DNA of 64,000 nt from Felis catus (GCF_018350175.1 NC_058369.1:16866001-16930000); one strand, 5' to 3'; positions 34,998-48,499 are shown, counted from the first letter of the stretch. Made by a program: numbers and translations. Notes: generated by a model from the letters alone, not told the origin.

Positions 34998-36137
34998 AAA
35001 ATCCAGAAGGATCCTGATGTACATTGCTGGGCAACTGCTCCAATTTAAAAAGACCACAAAAATTGTATATAACACACTGAGAGTGTATTTTACACTAGAT
35101 TTTACACTAGACCCACCACTCACACAGGAAAAGCCCTGGCCTTACAACAAAAAGCTGGCAAACCCATGTACGTTTTCATTTTGTGTCATGTCTCACTTTT
35201 TAACAAAACTTTTGTTTTTAATTGTAATTTACAACTTTGATACAATATATGTACAAACCTTAACTATCTGGTGCAATGAACTTTTACATTGGCACACACC
35301 TGGGTAACCGCTGCCTAGATCAAGCTATAGAACATTTCCAGGACCTCAGAAGGCAGCTTTGTGCCCTTGCCCAGCGAAGAGCACCCCAAACTACTTTCAG
35401 AACTTCCATCACCATAAACTCGTTTTGCCTTTGTAATGACTTATACATAAAATCACCCATGCTACGGGTGTTCTCTTTTGTGACTGGCTGCTTTCACCTA
35501 AATTTTATCTGCTAGATTCATCCATACATATCAGATCATTCTTTCCCGTAGGTATGTGCTATTCCGCTAAATTATACACTACCCTGCATTTATCCATTCC
35601 ACTGTCGAGGAACCTGCGGCTGTTTCCGGTTTCAGTTATGAAGAATGGAGTTATTACGGTCATTTTCATAGATGGCTTTTGGTGGCCATCAGCACTCATT
35701 TCTGTTGGGTGTGTTCCCAGAAGGAAGTGTTATTTTATAGTGTATGTGTGTGGCTTTGTAGAGAATACCAATTCTCCAAAGTAGTTGTACAAACGTATGT
35801 TCCCACCAGCAGTGTGACAAGAGTTCCAACTGCTCCAAATCCTTGCCACCTCTTGACACTGTCAGGCCAATTAAATGTAACCACGTGGAAGAGAACGTAG
35901 TGGTATCTCCCTGTGGTTTCCATGTGCAGCAATGTGGAAAATTCTTTCATATGCTTGCTGGCCATTCAGACATAACCTCTTGTGAAGTCCCTCTTCTGTT
36001 TAATTGGGTTGGCTGTCTTTTCCTCATTGATTTTTAGTTCTTTATATATTCTAGACAGGAGTACTGAGTCGTCCTCACAGCTACACATTTCCCTCGTAGT
36101 ACGACTATCACAGCATCCCATTAGATCTGGTATTTCG

Positions 36138-36358
36138 TGGGCGCATGGGTGGCTCAGTCGGTTAAGCGTCCGACTTCAACTCAGGTCACGATTTCGCGGT
36201 CCGTGAGTTCGAGCCCCGCGTCGGGCTCTGGGCTGACGGCTCGGAGCCTGGAGCCTGCTTCGGATTCTGTGTCTCCCTCTCTCTCTGACCCTCCCCCGTT
36301 CATGCTCTCTGTCTCAAAAATAAATAAACGTTAACAATAAAAATTAAAAAAAAAAAAA
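36138..36358 (+). mobile_element. Young felid Can-SINE
   Basis: CpG-rich near-consensus body; TSD agat(c/t)tggtatttcg. Confidence 0.95.
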
Positions 36359-37124
36359 AGATTTGGTATTTCGGGTCTTTGTTTTTGTCCTCACCTCAAG
36401 GTATTTTCTGAATTTCCCTTCTGACTTCTTGACTCATTGGTTGTTTTAGAATATCCTGTTTAACTTCCACCTACTTGTGAATTTTCCAGTTTTCCTTCTA
36501 GTATGTTTAGTTTCATTCCCCTGTGATTGGAAAAGATATTCTATCTGATTTCAGTCTTCTTTAATTCATCAAGACTTGCCTGTGGCCTAACAGATGGTCT
36601 ATCCTGGAGACTGCTCCGCGAGCACTTGAGAACATGTCTTCTGCTGTTGCTGGGTGTTCTCTGCATGTCTGTTAGGTCTGGCTGGTTGACACTGTTGCTC
36701 AAGTCCTCCGTTTCCTTATCTTGCTGTCTCTTCTTGTATCTAGTACTGACAGCACAGAACTGAAATATCCAACTATAACTGTGGATTTCTCAATTTCTCA
36801 TTTCAATTCTGTCCGTTTTTGCTTCACTTATTTTGTAGCCTTGTTATTAGGTGTGTGAATGCTTATAACTGTGATGCACTCTTGCTGTACTAAAGCACTT
36901 ATCAATATGTAATGTCCCTTTATTTTGTTACCTTTTAGATGTTGTCTGACAATCATAGAGCCACTCTAGGTCTCTCTCTCTGTTACTGTTTGGCATGGAA
37001 TATATTTTTCCATCCTTACTTTCAACTTCTTTGTGTTCTTATATCTCAAGTGTACTATGTATCTGAAGTGTCTTGTTGACAGTATACAGATTCTTTGTAA
37101 ATTTAATCTGCCAATGTCTCTCTA

Positions 37125-37794
37125 ATTTTTTTTAAAATTTTTATGTTTATTTACTTTTGAGAGAAAGAGAGAGCATGAACGGGGGAGGGGCAGAGAGAGA
37201 GGGAGACACAGAATCGGAAACAGGCTCCAGGCTCTGAGCCATCAGCCCAGAGCCTGATGCGGGGCTCGAACTCACGGACCGTGAGATCATGACCTGGGCT
37301 GAAGTCAGACGCTTAACCGACTGAGCCACCCAGGCGCCCCTCTTATTTTTTTTAATGTTTATTTTTTGAATTTAAATTTTTTTTTTCAACGTTTATTTTT
37401 GGGACAGAGAGAGACAGAACATGAACGGGGGGAGGGGCAGACAGAGAGGGAGACACAGAATCGGAAACAGGCTCCAGGCTCCGAGCCATCAGCCCAGAGC
37501 CTGACGCAGGGCTCGAACTCACGGACCGCGAGATCGTGACCTGGCTGAAGTCGGACGCTTAACCGACTGCACCACCCAGGCGCCCCTAATGTTTATTTTT
37601 TGAAAGAGAGCGCATGTACAAGCGTGCCAGTGGGGGAGGGGCAGAGAGAGAGAAGGAGCGGAATCCCAAAGAGGCTCTGCAGTCAGCACTGTCAGCGCAG
37701 AACCCAGTGCGAGGCTCGATCACACCAACCATAAGTTCATGACCTGAGCTGAAATCAAGAGCCAGACACTTAACCAAACCACCCAAGCAACCCC
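37125..37794 (-). mobile_element. Three nested Can-SINEs
   Basis: Heads end at 37340, 37586 and 37794; outer TSD aatgtctctct. Confidence 0.93.
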
Positions 37795-40249
37795 AATGTC
37801 TCTCTTAATAGAAGAGTTAAATCCACTCCCATTTGATGTGATTACTAATAAGGAAGGGTTTACTTGTGCCATTTTATGTCTTGTATGACTTCCGTTCCTC
37901 AATTCCTCCAATTGCTGCCCTTTTTTGTATTTGGCTAATTTTTTTATGTGCCACTTTGACTCCCTTCTTCTTTCATTTTCTGTATTTTCAAATTACTGTT
38001 TGGTTACCATAGGGATTACAATTATTATTAACAACCCACATCGAATAGCATTGTTAAAGAGGGGTTCTGCAGATGTGAGCAGGCAGGAGAAAGATCAGTG
38101 ACCTTGAAAATAAGACAGCTGAAAATTATCCAGCCTGAGAAGGTTAGTTTCCATAGTATCTAAACACTTTGCTATATATCTGTTTCTTCCCTTCTATATT
38201 GTTATTGCCACAGATTACGATTTATACATTGTATGCCCATCACTACAGATCTAAAATTACTATTCAGTGCCCCTGCCTTATAAATCATAAAAGACAGACG
38301 TTACAAACCAAACCAAAAATATAAAAGTCTGGTTATATTTACTAGTGTTACTTTTATTTATGGTTTCAAATTATTGTCTAGTATCCCTTCACTTCAGCCT
38401 GAAGGACTTGCTTTAGTGTTTCCTGTAGTGCAGGCCCGCTCAGCTTTTGTTTATATGGATATCTCTATTTCTCCTTCATTACTGAAGACTAGTTTTGTAG
38501 AATATAGGATACTTGATTTTTTTCATTCAAAATTTAAAACGTTTTCTCATTGCCTTCTGGCCTCCATGGTTTCTGAGGAGAAATCAGCTGTCAATCACAT
38601 GGAGACTCCCTTGTACATGAACACTGGCTCCTCTCTCGATGCTTCCAAAAACCGAGGTTCAGCTGTTTGGAGACAGGCGTCAAAGGCTGTCTCTGGAGAT
38701 TCAGCTAAGGTTCTGCTTTGGAAAGCCCTGCACAACACAGACTAACCTCTGGGCTCTGAATGTGGAGAGGAGTCTCGGGACCCAGAGCTAAGAATGATGG
38801 AGCTTTAGCTTCACTACAAGATGAAAGCAGGCAGTACACTCTACATCTACATTCACTTTCCATACCACAGCTGCCCAAAACACACTGACTGAACCAAAGG
38901 CAGCCTGCTTCTCAAACTGTGAATTAAAAAATATCTGTGAATTCCAGGAGTCTAAACATGGCAGCAGGAAGAAAAAGAAGGGCAGCACACTCCAGAGCAT
39001 CCAGCTTTCTCAGGATGAAGTCTACAGGCCTTGAAGTTCTTCAAAAGGCTCCCAGCCATTCCCCAACCTTGCCTCGGAGTCACACAACTGCTCTCTTGCT
39101 TCTGAGGCTCTGCCCCTGCTGGAGCACACTTGCCTATTCTTCTCCTAGATAACTCACCTTGGCGGCCTCACTTGCAGTACCACCTGCTGTAGGAAATCTT
39201 TCCCCAAATCTGGGTTGGGGCCCCTCCTTCTGTGAGCTACCAAAGGACCCTACACTCACCCCAACATGGTTCTTACCATTGGCAGCGGACCTTCCTGTCT
39301 CTGTCTCTATACTAGCCATGGTTCCTCTCACTGAGCACCAACTATGTGTCCGGCACCAATCCAAGTGCCTTCCATCTATCTGCTCATTTAAGCCTCAGCA
39401 CAACCCAGTGTGACATGCAGAAGCTATATCCTCACCAGAAGGTGACAAAACCAGGATGTCAGCACAGGCATCAGAGTCTGTGCTCTTAACGTCACACTCT
39501 AATACCGTGTATTGCATTTCTGTCTTGTTAAAAAACTGAAACATCCACACATTCCTTTTAACATAGGCAAAAGAAAAACACGCAAGAAAAAGAGTCTACA
39601 AAATTGCAAAATGCAAGGGAATAATCATCATCCACAGCTACCAAATTCTAGCCAAAAGGAAAACTTGGAAGAAAACCGTCAGGCAATTTTCAAAAGTAAA
39701 AACACTCACTTTTCCAAGGTTGGAAAACAGACTAGACATTTAAAGAAAGAAACTGTCTGGAGATTTCTACAACCACCCCCATGTTGCTTCCGCAAAACTC
39801 GTTTCTAAGACCAGATTATATCTTGGCTTGGCCTGATCTTACAGGGGCAAAGGAAATGAACCAGGTCTCCAAAACCTCCCCTGCCTTTCCTGTCTCAGCT
39901 CCACCCATCCAGCTGCTCAGGCCAAGCACTTTGATCTTGATCCTCTTTTTCTCATATTCCACATCTGGTCTTCAGACAATCCTGAAGGCTCCACCTTCAA
40001 AATACATCCAGACACCACCACATCTCACCACCTCCAGACCTTCAGCTTAGACTAAGCAACAATCACCTCTCACCTAGAGCAATGAATGCACTAGCCCAGC
40101 TAGACTCTCCGCTTCTACCCCTGAAATCACTTATCTCTTAATCAAATATGGAACTAAAATCTCCAATCTCCCCCCCACCCAGCCCACACACCACCTGCTA
40201 CCACACCTGTATGGCCTGCTCCCCACATCTGGCCGCCCAACACATCCCC

Positions 40250-40835
40250 AGAGGCTGCTGCCCTCCCCTTCTCCCTTCTAGTCTTACTTCTGGGCATGCT
40301 GGCTCAACTTCCAACTGTTAGCATCCGCATCTCTCTCGCTTGAGACTGTTCTGTTGCCGCTGGAGGCCTCTCTGACTAGGCGGTGGGAACTGATGCTGGC
40401 TGGAGGCAGCCCTCAACCAGTGGCTGATGTTGTGTAGATCAGGGGTTGGGAAACTACAGCCCCTGGCCTGTTTCTGTGTGACCTGTGAGCTAAGAATGGT
40501 TTTTACACATTTACAGGGTTACTAAAAAAACAAAACAAAACTACGTGACAGAGACCGTATGTGGCCTTACCAACTGGCCCTGCAGGGAAAGAGTCTGCTG
40601 ACCCTGGCACGGTCTGGCTGCCCCCACACCCAGGTAACGAGCTCTGAGGTGGACGTCCTGCACCATTTCTCAGCGTTCCCCAGTGAGATTACACAGCTTC
40701 CTGTGGTGGTAAGTTGCTGGATGATGCTCCTTCCTATTTCACTTTTCCACCTTCCTACCAGTGCTCACTTCATTTTACACATTAGCTACATGTATGTACT
40801 CAAATCCTTGTCTCAGGGGAGCCCAAAACGAAATG
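40250..40835. mobile_element. LTR16-like ERVL LTR with a MER58-like insertion (~40440-40607)
   Basis: ccctcaaccagtggctgatg, actcaaatccttgtctcagg; the insert begins caggggttgggaaacta and ends tgctgaccctg. Confidence 0.55.
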
Positions 40836-41112
40836 GCTCCCCTTGCTCTCCCCAAGGCCAGCCAAATCCCTGCTTGTCCTTCAGGGCAACACAGCCTTTG
40901 TATTCCTCCAATCCCAGGCAGGTAGGCACATGTCTTCTGTTCTCCATGGCAGCTTGCAAACACTGATCCTAGAGACTTCTCATCTGCATGATTAATATAA
41001 GAAATGTACAGGGAGGGTCCATGCCATTTTAATTTCTGCATCCCCAATATCAGTCACATAAAAGATGTTCAGGAAATGTTCAGGATTATTTATCTACCAG
41101 ATGTTCCACGCG

Positions 41113-42230
41113 CGAGGCTGGCTTCATAACCCATATGGCTGCACAGGACTCCGCACTCAGAAGGTCTCGGTGCTTGGGGTTTAATGCTCTGCAGTAGCTC
41201 TATGGAAATTCTCATTTATTTACTTACTTATTTATTTTATTCTCAAGTTAGTTAACATACAGTGTAGTCTTGGCTTCAGGAGTAGAATCCAGTGATTCAT
41301 CTCTTACATGTAACACCCAGTGCTCATCCCAACAAGTGCCCTCCTTAATGCCCATCACCCATTTTCCCCACCCTCCATGCCCATCAACCCTCACTTTGTT
41401 CTCTGTATTTAAGAGTCTCTTATGGTTTGCCTTCCTCTGTTTTTATCTTATTTTTCCTTACCTTCCCCTATGATCCTGTTAAATTTCTCAAATTCCACAT
41501 ATGAGTAAAATCATGTGATATCTTTCTCTTATTTCGCTTAGCATACTACCCTCCAGTTCCATCCACGTTGTTGCAAATGGCAAGATTTCATTCTTTTTCA
41601 TCTCTGAGTAGTATTCCATTGTATATACATAATTTGGCTATTGTTGATAGTGCTGCTATAAACATTGGGGTGCATGTGCCCTTCAAATCAGCATTTTTGT
41701 ATGCTTCAGATAAATTCCTAGTAGTGCAATTGCTGGGTCACAGGGTAATTCTATTTTTAATTTTTCGAGAAATCTCCTGTTTTCCAGAGTGGCTGTACCA
41801 GTTTGCATTCCCACCAACAGTGCAAGAGGGTTCTCCTGTCTCCACATCCTGGTCAACATCTGTTGTTTCCAGAGTTGTTAATTTTAGCCACTCTGACCAG
41901 TATGAGGTGGTATCTCATTGTGGTTTTGATTTTTATTTCCCTGATGATGAGCGATGTTGAACATCTTTTCATGTGTTTGTTTACCATCTGGATGTCTTCA
42001 TTGGTATGGAAATTCTTAATAAATTTATCTTTAAACTGGCTTTTGAAGTGAAGTCCATCACAACACAGCATGTGCTGAAGGTACAGACTGTAGGCTCACC
42101 CATGGTCCCTCCTCCCTGGGACAGGTTCTTGACCACCAGCTCCTCTGCCCTCTCACATCCCAGGACCTGGCCCTGCCCTTCTTGTCCATATATCCCTTTT
42201 GTTGCCACCCTGGCAGGGGCCTGAATATAA
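41113..42230 (+). mobile_element. MER45-like hAT DNA transposon split by an L1 insertion
   Basis: ggctggcttcat...cgcactcagaagg...gtttaatgctctgc...gaaattcttaataa continues after the L1. Confidence 0.65.
41213..42004 (-). mobile_element. 5'-truncated carnivore L1 3' end
   Basis: ORF2 C-terminal remnant ([25 protein letters not shown]); TSD tatggaaattct at 41201-41212 and 42005-42016. Confidence 0.92.
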
Positions 42231-45200
42231 AAACAAGAGGGCTTGGGGTCAGATGTATACATCCCGTTGTGTCTTGGGGCAGGGTGAGGCGACGGCCATC
42301 CCCTGGGCCAGGGTGGGCTTTTGGATGGGGAGGGGGGACCTTTCAACCACTCCCATGCAAGTATATTTAGGACCTTTAATGGTCCTTTCCCCTGCTTCTT
42401 GACCAAGCTTCCGTGCACTGTCCTGTTGCCCTGCATCCCACAATTACACGGATGCTACTGGCTCTAGTCTCAACTCCTCCTCACTCCCAGTCATCTAGGA
42501 TGGAGGTTCAGGAGATGCCGAAGACAGATGGAAACATCAGCCTCAGAAATGACACTCAGAGATGTTGCACAAGGCACTTATCTGGAGGCATCAGGGTGGG
42601 AGATGTTTTCTCTCTTCGCCTCTCAGGGGAGAACAGTACAGGGCTAGAGGTGGGGTAGCAAAAGACTAGAAGGTGGTACTTCTAAGATCTCCTGCCCTTT
42701 CCTGCTTGAGGAAATTTGGGGTGGTAAAGGAGTCTTTGATCTCCCACAGGCATTTCAGAACTTTTCCAGAGCTTGTTTGTGAGGCCAGGAGTTAACTTCT
42801 GCTGGGGGGAGGCTTTGGCTCTGGCATGCTGAACAGGTCAGCATCCTGGAGCAGCTGCAGGAGCTGGTCCCTTGGGCTCTCAAGTGCAGGCTTCAGGGCA
42901 GAGATGAGGGGTGCTCTGGGACTCATTCTCAGCTACCCAGCTGGCTCTCCAAAGCACAATTGCACATAAGGCTTCAGTTACTTAGATTTCTTTCTTGATC
43001 ACAAAGAGAATATAAATGTGTCTACGGTGACCACATGGGCGTAGAAAGAAGGAACCTTTAATACAGGCCCCTGTATGCACACTTCCCAAGGACTCATGGT
43101 GATCTGGGGAAACTTGAGATGTGGGGAGATGGGGGGAGAGGTGGACAGAGACCATGCAACGGAGATGTGCAGCCTCAGCTCAAAGGTACTGCATTCTGCC
43201 AGAGAAAATGGACGAGGAAAGGGGCCAAGCCTGCTCTGGAATACCCACATAGTTTGCAAGATTACCGTTCTTCATGAGGTTTAGAATGGCCTCACTATGA
43301 TTTAACTTGCTCTCCAAATGAAAATCACCATCTCTAGCCATGAGCAGCAGGCTGTAGGATCAACAAGTGACCCAATGACCCTCACGTTGACCTCTGTTCT
43401 GCACACAGGCAGTCCGCTAGCCTGGCGCTCGAGCACTCTCTCTTCACCCAACAGTGCACCCACCACATCCCAGGGCGCAATGGGAGCAACGGCGCCCTCT
43501 GCCTTGCTGGGCTGCTGCTGGGCCACACCCTCAGGTCCTGATGGCCTAACCTCTAGGAAATGTGAAGACACCTCTTGCCAGGGTCTACGTGCTGCAAGTT
43601 TCATCAGATTTTCCTGGAGGAAAAAGCATTCACTGTTCCCAGGGTGGTCCAGTGCTGAAGAATGGGGTCTACAGCTCAGGTGGCTGACAGATCTGAACAA
43701 GGACATCAAGTGCAGGGGCCCTTTGAGTTCAAGCTGCACAAGGGTCTCATTCCAGGAACAATACAAGATGAACAACTAAACAGAATCTAGGTATCTAATG
43801 AAACTACTAAATGCTATTACTCACACTCTGTTTTCTGCAGGCAACCCGAGGCTCTGAACAGAAGCAGGAAGCTGCTCTGCAGAGGGAAGGTTCCCGGGTC
43901 AGAAGAGGACACGGAGGCTTGTGCCCTGAGTCCACAACATCTCATCTCCTGCCCCAAAAGACCCACAACCCGTGGATTCTCTGATACAAACTTTATCATT
44001 TTTGGAGGCTAACAGACTTCATCTAGCCTTGGAAAATGTTTCCTAAGCCAATCAGATTTTAAGAAAAGTTGTTAAAAAACTCTTTTGAGATAACTCGACA
44101 AAGATGTTGGTTTGAGAAAGTAAGTACACAGCACTAAGAATGGGAGAGTACAAGGCTGATTTTTCTCTTCAAAGAAAAACTTTGGACTGCAAAGACATGA
44201 GGAAACTGTGGTGCCGTCAGAGGGCGGGACCAGAGGAGGTAGCAGGTTCTTGGAGCTTGCCAGGATACTCCCTTCCCTGCCCATTTGCTGAACGAGCTGA
44301 CTGATGACCTTAAATGATGAAGACGAAGACACCACTTACTCTTCCCGCAGGGTTCAGCTCAGAGGCTCTCCTCCAAAGAAGCCTCCCTGACATTGTCTCC
44401 CTTTGCCCCAAGGCCAGGTCACATCTGCTGGGCACAATATCCAATGTCTTGGACCCACAACTGTGTACTTCTGAGAGGAATGATGTGTGCATCACTGGTC
44501 TGGCATAGTGCTTGGCATTTATTATGGCCATCTTTTGTTTTTTTAAGGCATCTTTATTGAGAAAACCCAACTTTGTGCTCTCTCCCCAACTTCTGTTATA
44601 TAGGGCTACTGCCTCAAAAAGACTGTTCTCTGTCTAGGCAGATCCTGCCAGGCCCTAATCCTGGCCCACTGCAACTGAGACCATCTCTCTCAGGCTTCTT
44701 GTTCAGAGAGCAAACATCTTGCAATGAAAGCTATCAGCACCAAATAGTATTCTTCAAAACGTTCCTATCACCTGGGTGAAGTAGAGAAAGTACAGGGCTT
44801 TCCACAGGGACCTGCCAGTCATAATATTTACCACTTACCAGCTCTCCATACTAGTTTAATCACCCTTAAAAAAAAATCTAGGACACAACCACCCCCTCCA
44901 AGGATGTCAGGCACCAAATGGAACAGTGTGTGTGTGAAAGGAAAAGCATCAAAGGACCTACAAAGCCGGAGGTCAATGAAGATCAGTCTTCCTTTCCTTC
45001 CCATCAGCCTAGTCCTACCCTGAGCCTCACCACCCACCTCTTCCTCTAGACTGATGTTCAGCCAGAAGCACCTGTGAAATATAAGGCAGGCTTGGCTGCA
45101 TCTGGGCTGTACTGGTTGTTAAATATTGTTTTCATCACATCTGCCTCTTCCCCAACTTCCATCCTATTCTAATTCACCACGAGTCAAGAGGGAGTTCTCC

Positions 45201-45784
45201 AAACTTGACATGTCAGCTGTCTCCTAAGGTTTTCATACCAGAGGCCCTCATATCATAAATCCAAGGACTGTCTGTTCTGAAACATTTGTGTAATATCAAA
45301 TTATTCATTCAAAGATAAGGCCCAACTGCACCCAAGCAGCTGCTACACATATCCTACATTCCCTGTCCAGGAAGCTGCCTGGTCTCAGCTGGCTACACCC
45401 AATACCCAGAAGATGAACAGCAAAGAGGAAACATACTTTCCGTTTCCCGTAGCCAGAGGTGTGTTTGTGGAAGGGGAATCACAACTACCACCTCCTCAAC
45501 ACAAACTGCTCACCGAGCAGACAAGTTTAATCCAATGTACTCATCCATCAAGTATTTCTTACCATGTTCCCATGTGCTGAGGCATGTGTAAAGAGGCCAT
45601 CGAGGAGCTGAGAACTTAGTGGAGGGGAAGCTAAGTTCTACCACCCTCAACAGAAGGCAACATCAGTGATAATAACCATGAGTGTCCCCACACACTGCTG
45701 CTCCAAGAATCAGAATAAGAGAGAAAACTCTTTTCACTGAAAGGTGATAGAACTTCAGAGAAATTTTCAAGAAAGACACAGTCT

Positions 45785-45950
45785 AGTGGTTCTCAGCACA
45801 CGGTCCCCAGGCCTGGGAACTTGTTAGAGATGTAAATTCTTGGGCTCATCCCAGACCTGATGAATGGAAACTCTAGGGTGGTGCTCAGCAATCTGTGTTT
45901 AGCATGCCGTCCAGGTGACTCTGTTGCTAGCTCAGGTTTAAGAGCCATGG
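45785..45950 (+). mobile_element. MER5A-like DNA transposon
   Basis: agtggttctca...gaacttgttagagatgtaaattcttgggc...cagcaatctgtgttt...ccaggtgactctg. Confidence 0.8.
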
Positions 45951-47227
45951 ACTTATCACACAGGCCAAGCCTGGGAAAGTATGATTTTGAAGGAGAGAGA
46001 CGATTTTTGAAAAGTATGATCTTGAAAGAGATTCTGAAAGAAATAACTAACCTAGAGGAAAAAACAAGAGCTACGTTCTACTAATTTATCTCCTATAGGA
46101 TGTAGCCATAAGTATCCTGTACAACACAATGTAACAAAATTTAAACGTCAGTATAAATACACATCCACAGCGAGGACAGTCAGGGTGACAGAGTGCCATA
46201 GTGCTGGCACCAGAATCCCTAGGCCTAGATTTAAATCCCAGCGTCCCTGCTTATTAACTGTGCACACCATGCAAGTCTTCAATCCTCGACCTCACTTTGG
46301 TTAAATGGAAATATAACTGGACCGCTTCCCAAGGTTATTATTATGAAGCACCCAGCAGGAAATTCTCAATGAAAGATGCTCATCTTTCTTAGTCCTAATT
46401 AGAAAAGAGCTTGGGATCATTAACAAACTGAACAGTGAGCTCAGTCCTGAGCCACCCTCCTTCCAGCACAGCAATGACTACATCTAATAAATGTCAGATG
46501 TACAATGAATATGGAAACCAGAATTCTTTCCAGAGGCAAGGATCATACAGTTGGCTCTTTTCATGGGTGTCAGTGTTTTGGAGCCAAAAAGGCCATCAGG
46601 TATCTTCTTACACCGAGCCTATCCTTTTATAAGCCACAGCCTTCAGCTTCTGTGAGGCCCTGTGATAGAAAGACAGATGTGGATGGAAGGCAGCTACCAC
46701 AACAGTCCTTGGTGACCACAGCTGGCCCTGAGAATCAGCAAGAGATCAGAAAGAGGCTCCTCGTGGCCACAAGAAAATGACTGGAGAGCACAGAACCAAG
46801 TCTCTGGGTGAGCCTGAACGAGGGTGTCCAAGAAATTGTTCAAATGGACTTGGTTTTGCAACACACTCAACTGCTCCCGCTCTCAACCAGGTACCAAAAT
46901 GTACCAAAATGAAACTGTCACTGTTGAGAAGGAAAATTAAAAAATCATGCCTTTCAATCATCTTGTGGTTTCTTAAAAGCATTTAAACATTATTCTGAAA
47001 TAATTTTGAACAAATCTGGAGAATCCCTACGTCAGGGCCAGAATGGTCTGTTTCAGTCTAGTGGCTAAATACCCCAGGACTAGAGCTCTCCACCCAGCAG
47101 CTTCAACCAGCCGCCGGTCAGTGTATAAAAAGTATACACAGTCCAAGGGCTACCGAGCAGTCAGAATTAGGAAACCTACTGTCCCAACACACTGGCCCAA
47201 CATATCCAGGACAACTCAGAAACATAC

Positions 47228-47349
47228 CAGCAGGCTAAGATGCAGAGCCCCGTGAAGAGGATGATAGGGATGGGGTAGGATGCACAGAGCAGCCCATGGT
47301 TGTAGAAGGCCTGAGATATCTTCTCACGCAGCCTTTCAGTCAGGGTCAT
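47228..47349 (-). CDS. SCAP: SCAP exon 2 coding part (start codon at 47349-47347)
   Basis: [40 protein letters not shown]|gtatg. Confidence 0.96.
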
Positions 47350-47447
47350 CCTCAGCTGAAGTCACCTTGCTGCCATCCCGGAAAGTGACCATGGATCAGC
47401 CTGGTGCACGCTGGACAGCGCTGACAATGGACACCATGTGCAGATAC
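47350..47447 (-). promoter_or_regulatory. SCAP: SCAP exon 2 5'UTR (98 nt) containing three upstream ATGs
   Basis: Acceptor ttttctcccttgccag|GTATC at 47447; ATGs at 47437, 47392 and 47376. Confidence 0.85.
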
Positions 47448-47581
47448 CTGGCAAGGGAGAAAAGTCAACATTAACAGCTAGTACTGGTTCTGCACACTAG
47501 GGCTGCTGGGGGAGGCAGCTGTGACGTGGGTGGAGACATGTTTCAGGATGCCCACATGCAAAATCTGGAGACATCAATCCC

Positions 47582-47600
47582 AACACACACGTGCGCGTGA

Positions 47601-47656
<56 letters not shown>
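47582..47656. repeat. (CA)n microsatellite with a CG-containing 5' part
   Basis: About 26 uninterrupted CA units at 47604-47656. Confidence 0.95.
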
Positions 47657-47658
<2 letters not shown>

Positions 47659-47792
47659 CTGGTCAGCTCTTAGTGACTGTGGGCAGTTTCTAAATCAGTC
47701 TAACTAAAGAGGCCAAAAGACTGCCCCTCTAGTTCTGATGACAAACTCTCAACCCTCTTCCGTAGAAGGAATTTCTAAAAGACCACTCCCCA

Positions 47793-48435
47793 GGGGCTCC
47801 TGGGTGGGTGGCTCAGTCAAGTTGAGTGTCCGACTCTTGATTTCGGCTAAGGTCATGATCCCAGGGTTGTGGGATCAAGCCCCCGAGTTAAGAGTAGAGC
47901 CCATTTGGGATTCTCTCTCCCTCTACCCCTCCCCTGTTCACATGCGCACACACACGTGTGCCCCCTCTCTCTTGAAAAAAAAAAAAAAAAAAAAAAAAAA
48001 AAGACCACTTCCCAGACAGGGCATTGTTCTCACAGGTGGCACAAGAAAGCACAGCTGAGTAACAGATATCACCTTCAGCTGCCCTCTGACAGAGGGGTGT
48101 TCTGGACACCCTCCCCACCTTTCTCTAGGCACAGGCAGATCGACAGAAATCCTTGGGGGAACACTTCACGCAGAGGTGACCCCTCAGAAAACATATTCTT
48201 GCACAGCGTTCCACTGGTAAAGAATGTTCAGTGGAGGGGCACCTTGGTGGCTCAGTCAGTTAAGCGTCCCACTCTTGGTTTTGCCTCAGGTCATGATCTC
48301 ATGGTTTGTTTGAGCCCCGCATCAGGCTCTGCGCTGAATGTGCAGAGCCTGCTTGGGATTCTCTTTCTCCCTTTCTCCCTCTCTCTCTACCCCTCCCCGC
48401 TTGTGCACTCGCTCTCTCAAAAAAAAAAAAAAAAA
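47793..48435 (+). mobile_element. Two Can-SINEs (~47793-48000 and 48236-48435)
   Basis: TSDs aaaagaccact and aagaatgttcagtgga. Confidence 0.92.
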
Positions 48436-48499
48436 AGAATGTTCAGTGGAGTCAGCCTTTAACATAAAAACACCAAAAAACCCAGGCTCCTGATAGAAA

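Larger units (their letters stand above)
35215..38650 (-). mobile_element. Old fragmented L1 sequence hosting younger SINEs
   Basis: L1 3' end motifs (ttcccaccagcagtgtga..agagttcca, catatgcttgctggccatt) and ORF-region remnants (ggtttctgaggagaaatcagctgt). Confidence 0.7.
11036..47447 (-). other. SCAP: SCAP (SREBP cleavage-activating protein), exon 2 to last coding exon; 1276 aa; sterol-sensing domain and WD40 repeats
   Basis: 22 GT-AG coding exons sum to 3831 nt; [12 protein letters not shown] start, YIYF, MELADL, C-terminus VPSVLEKLD*. Confidence 0.98.
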
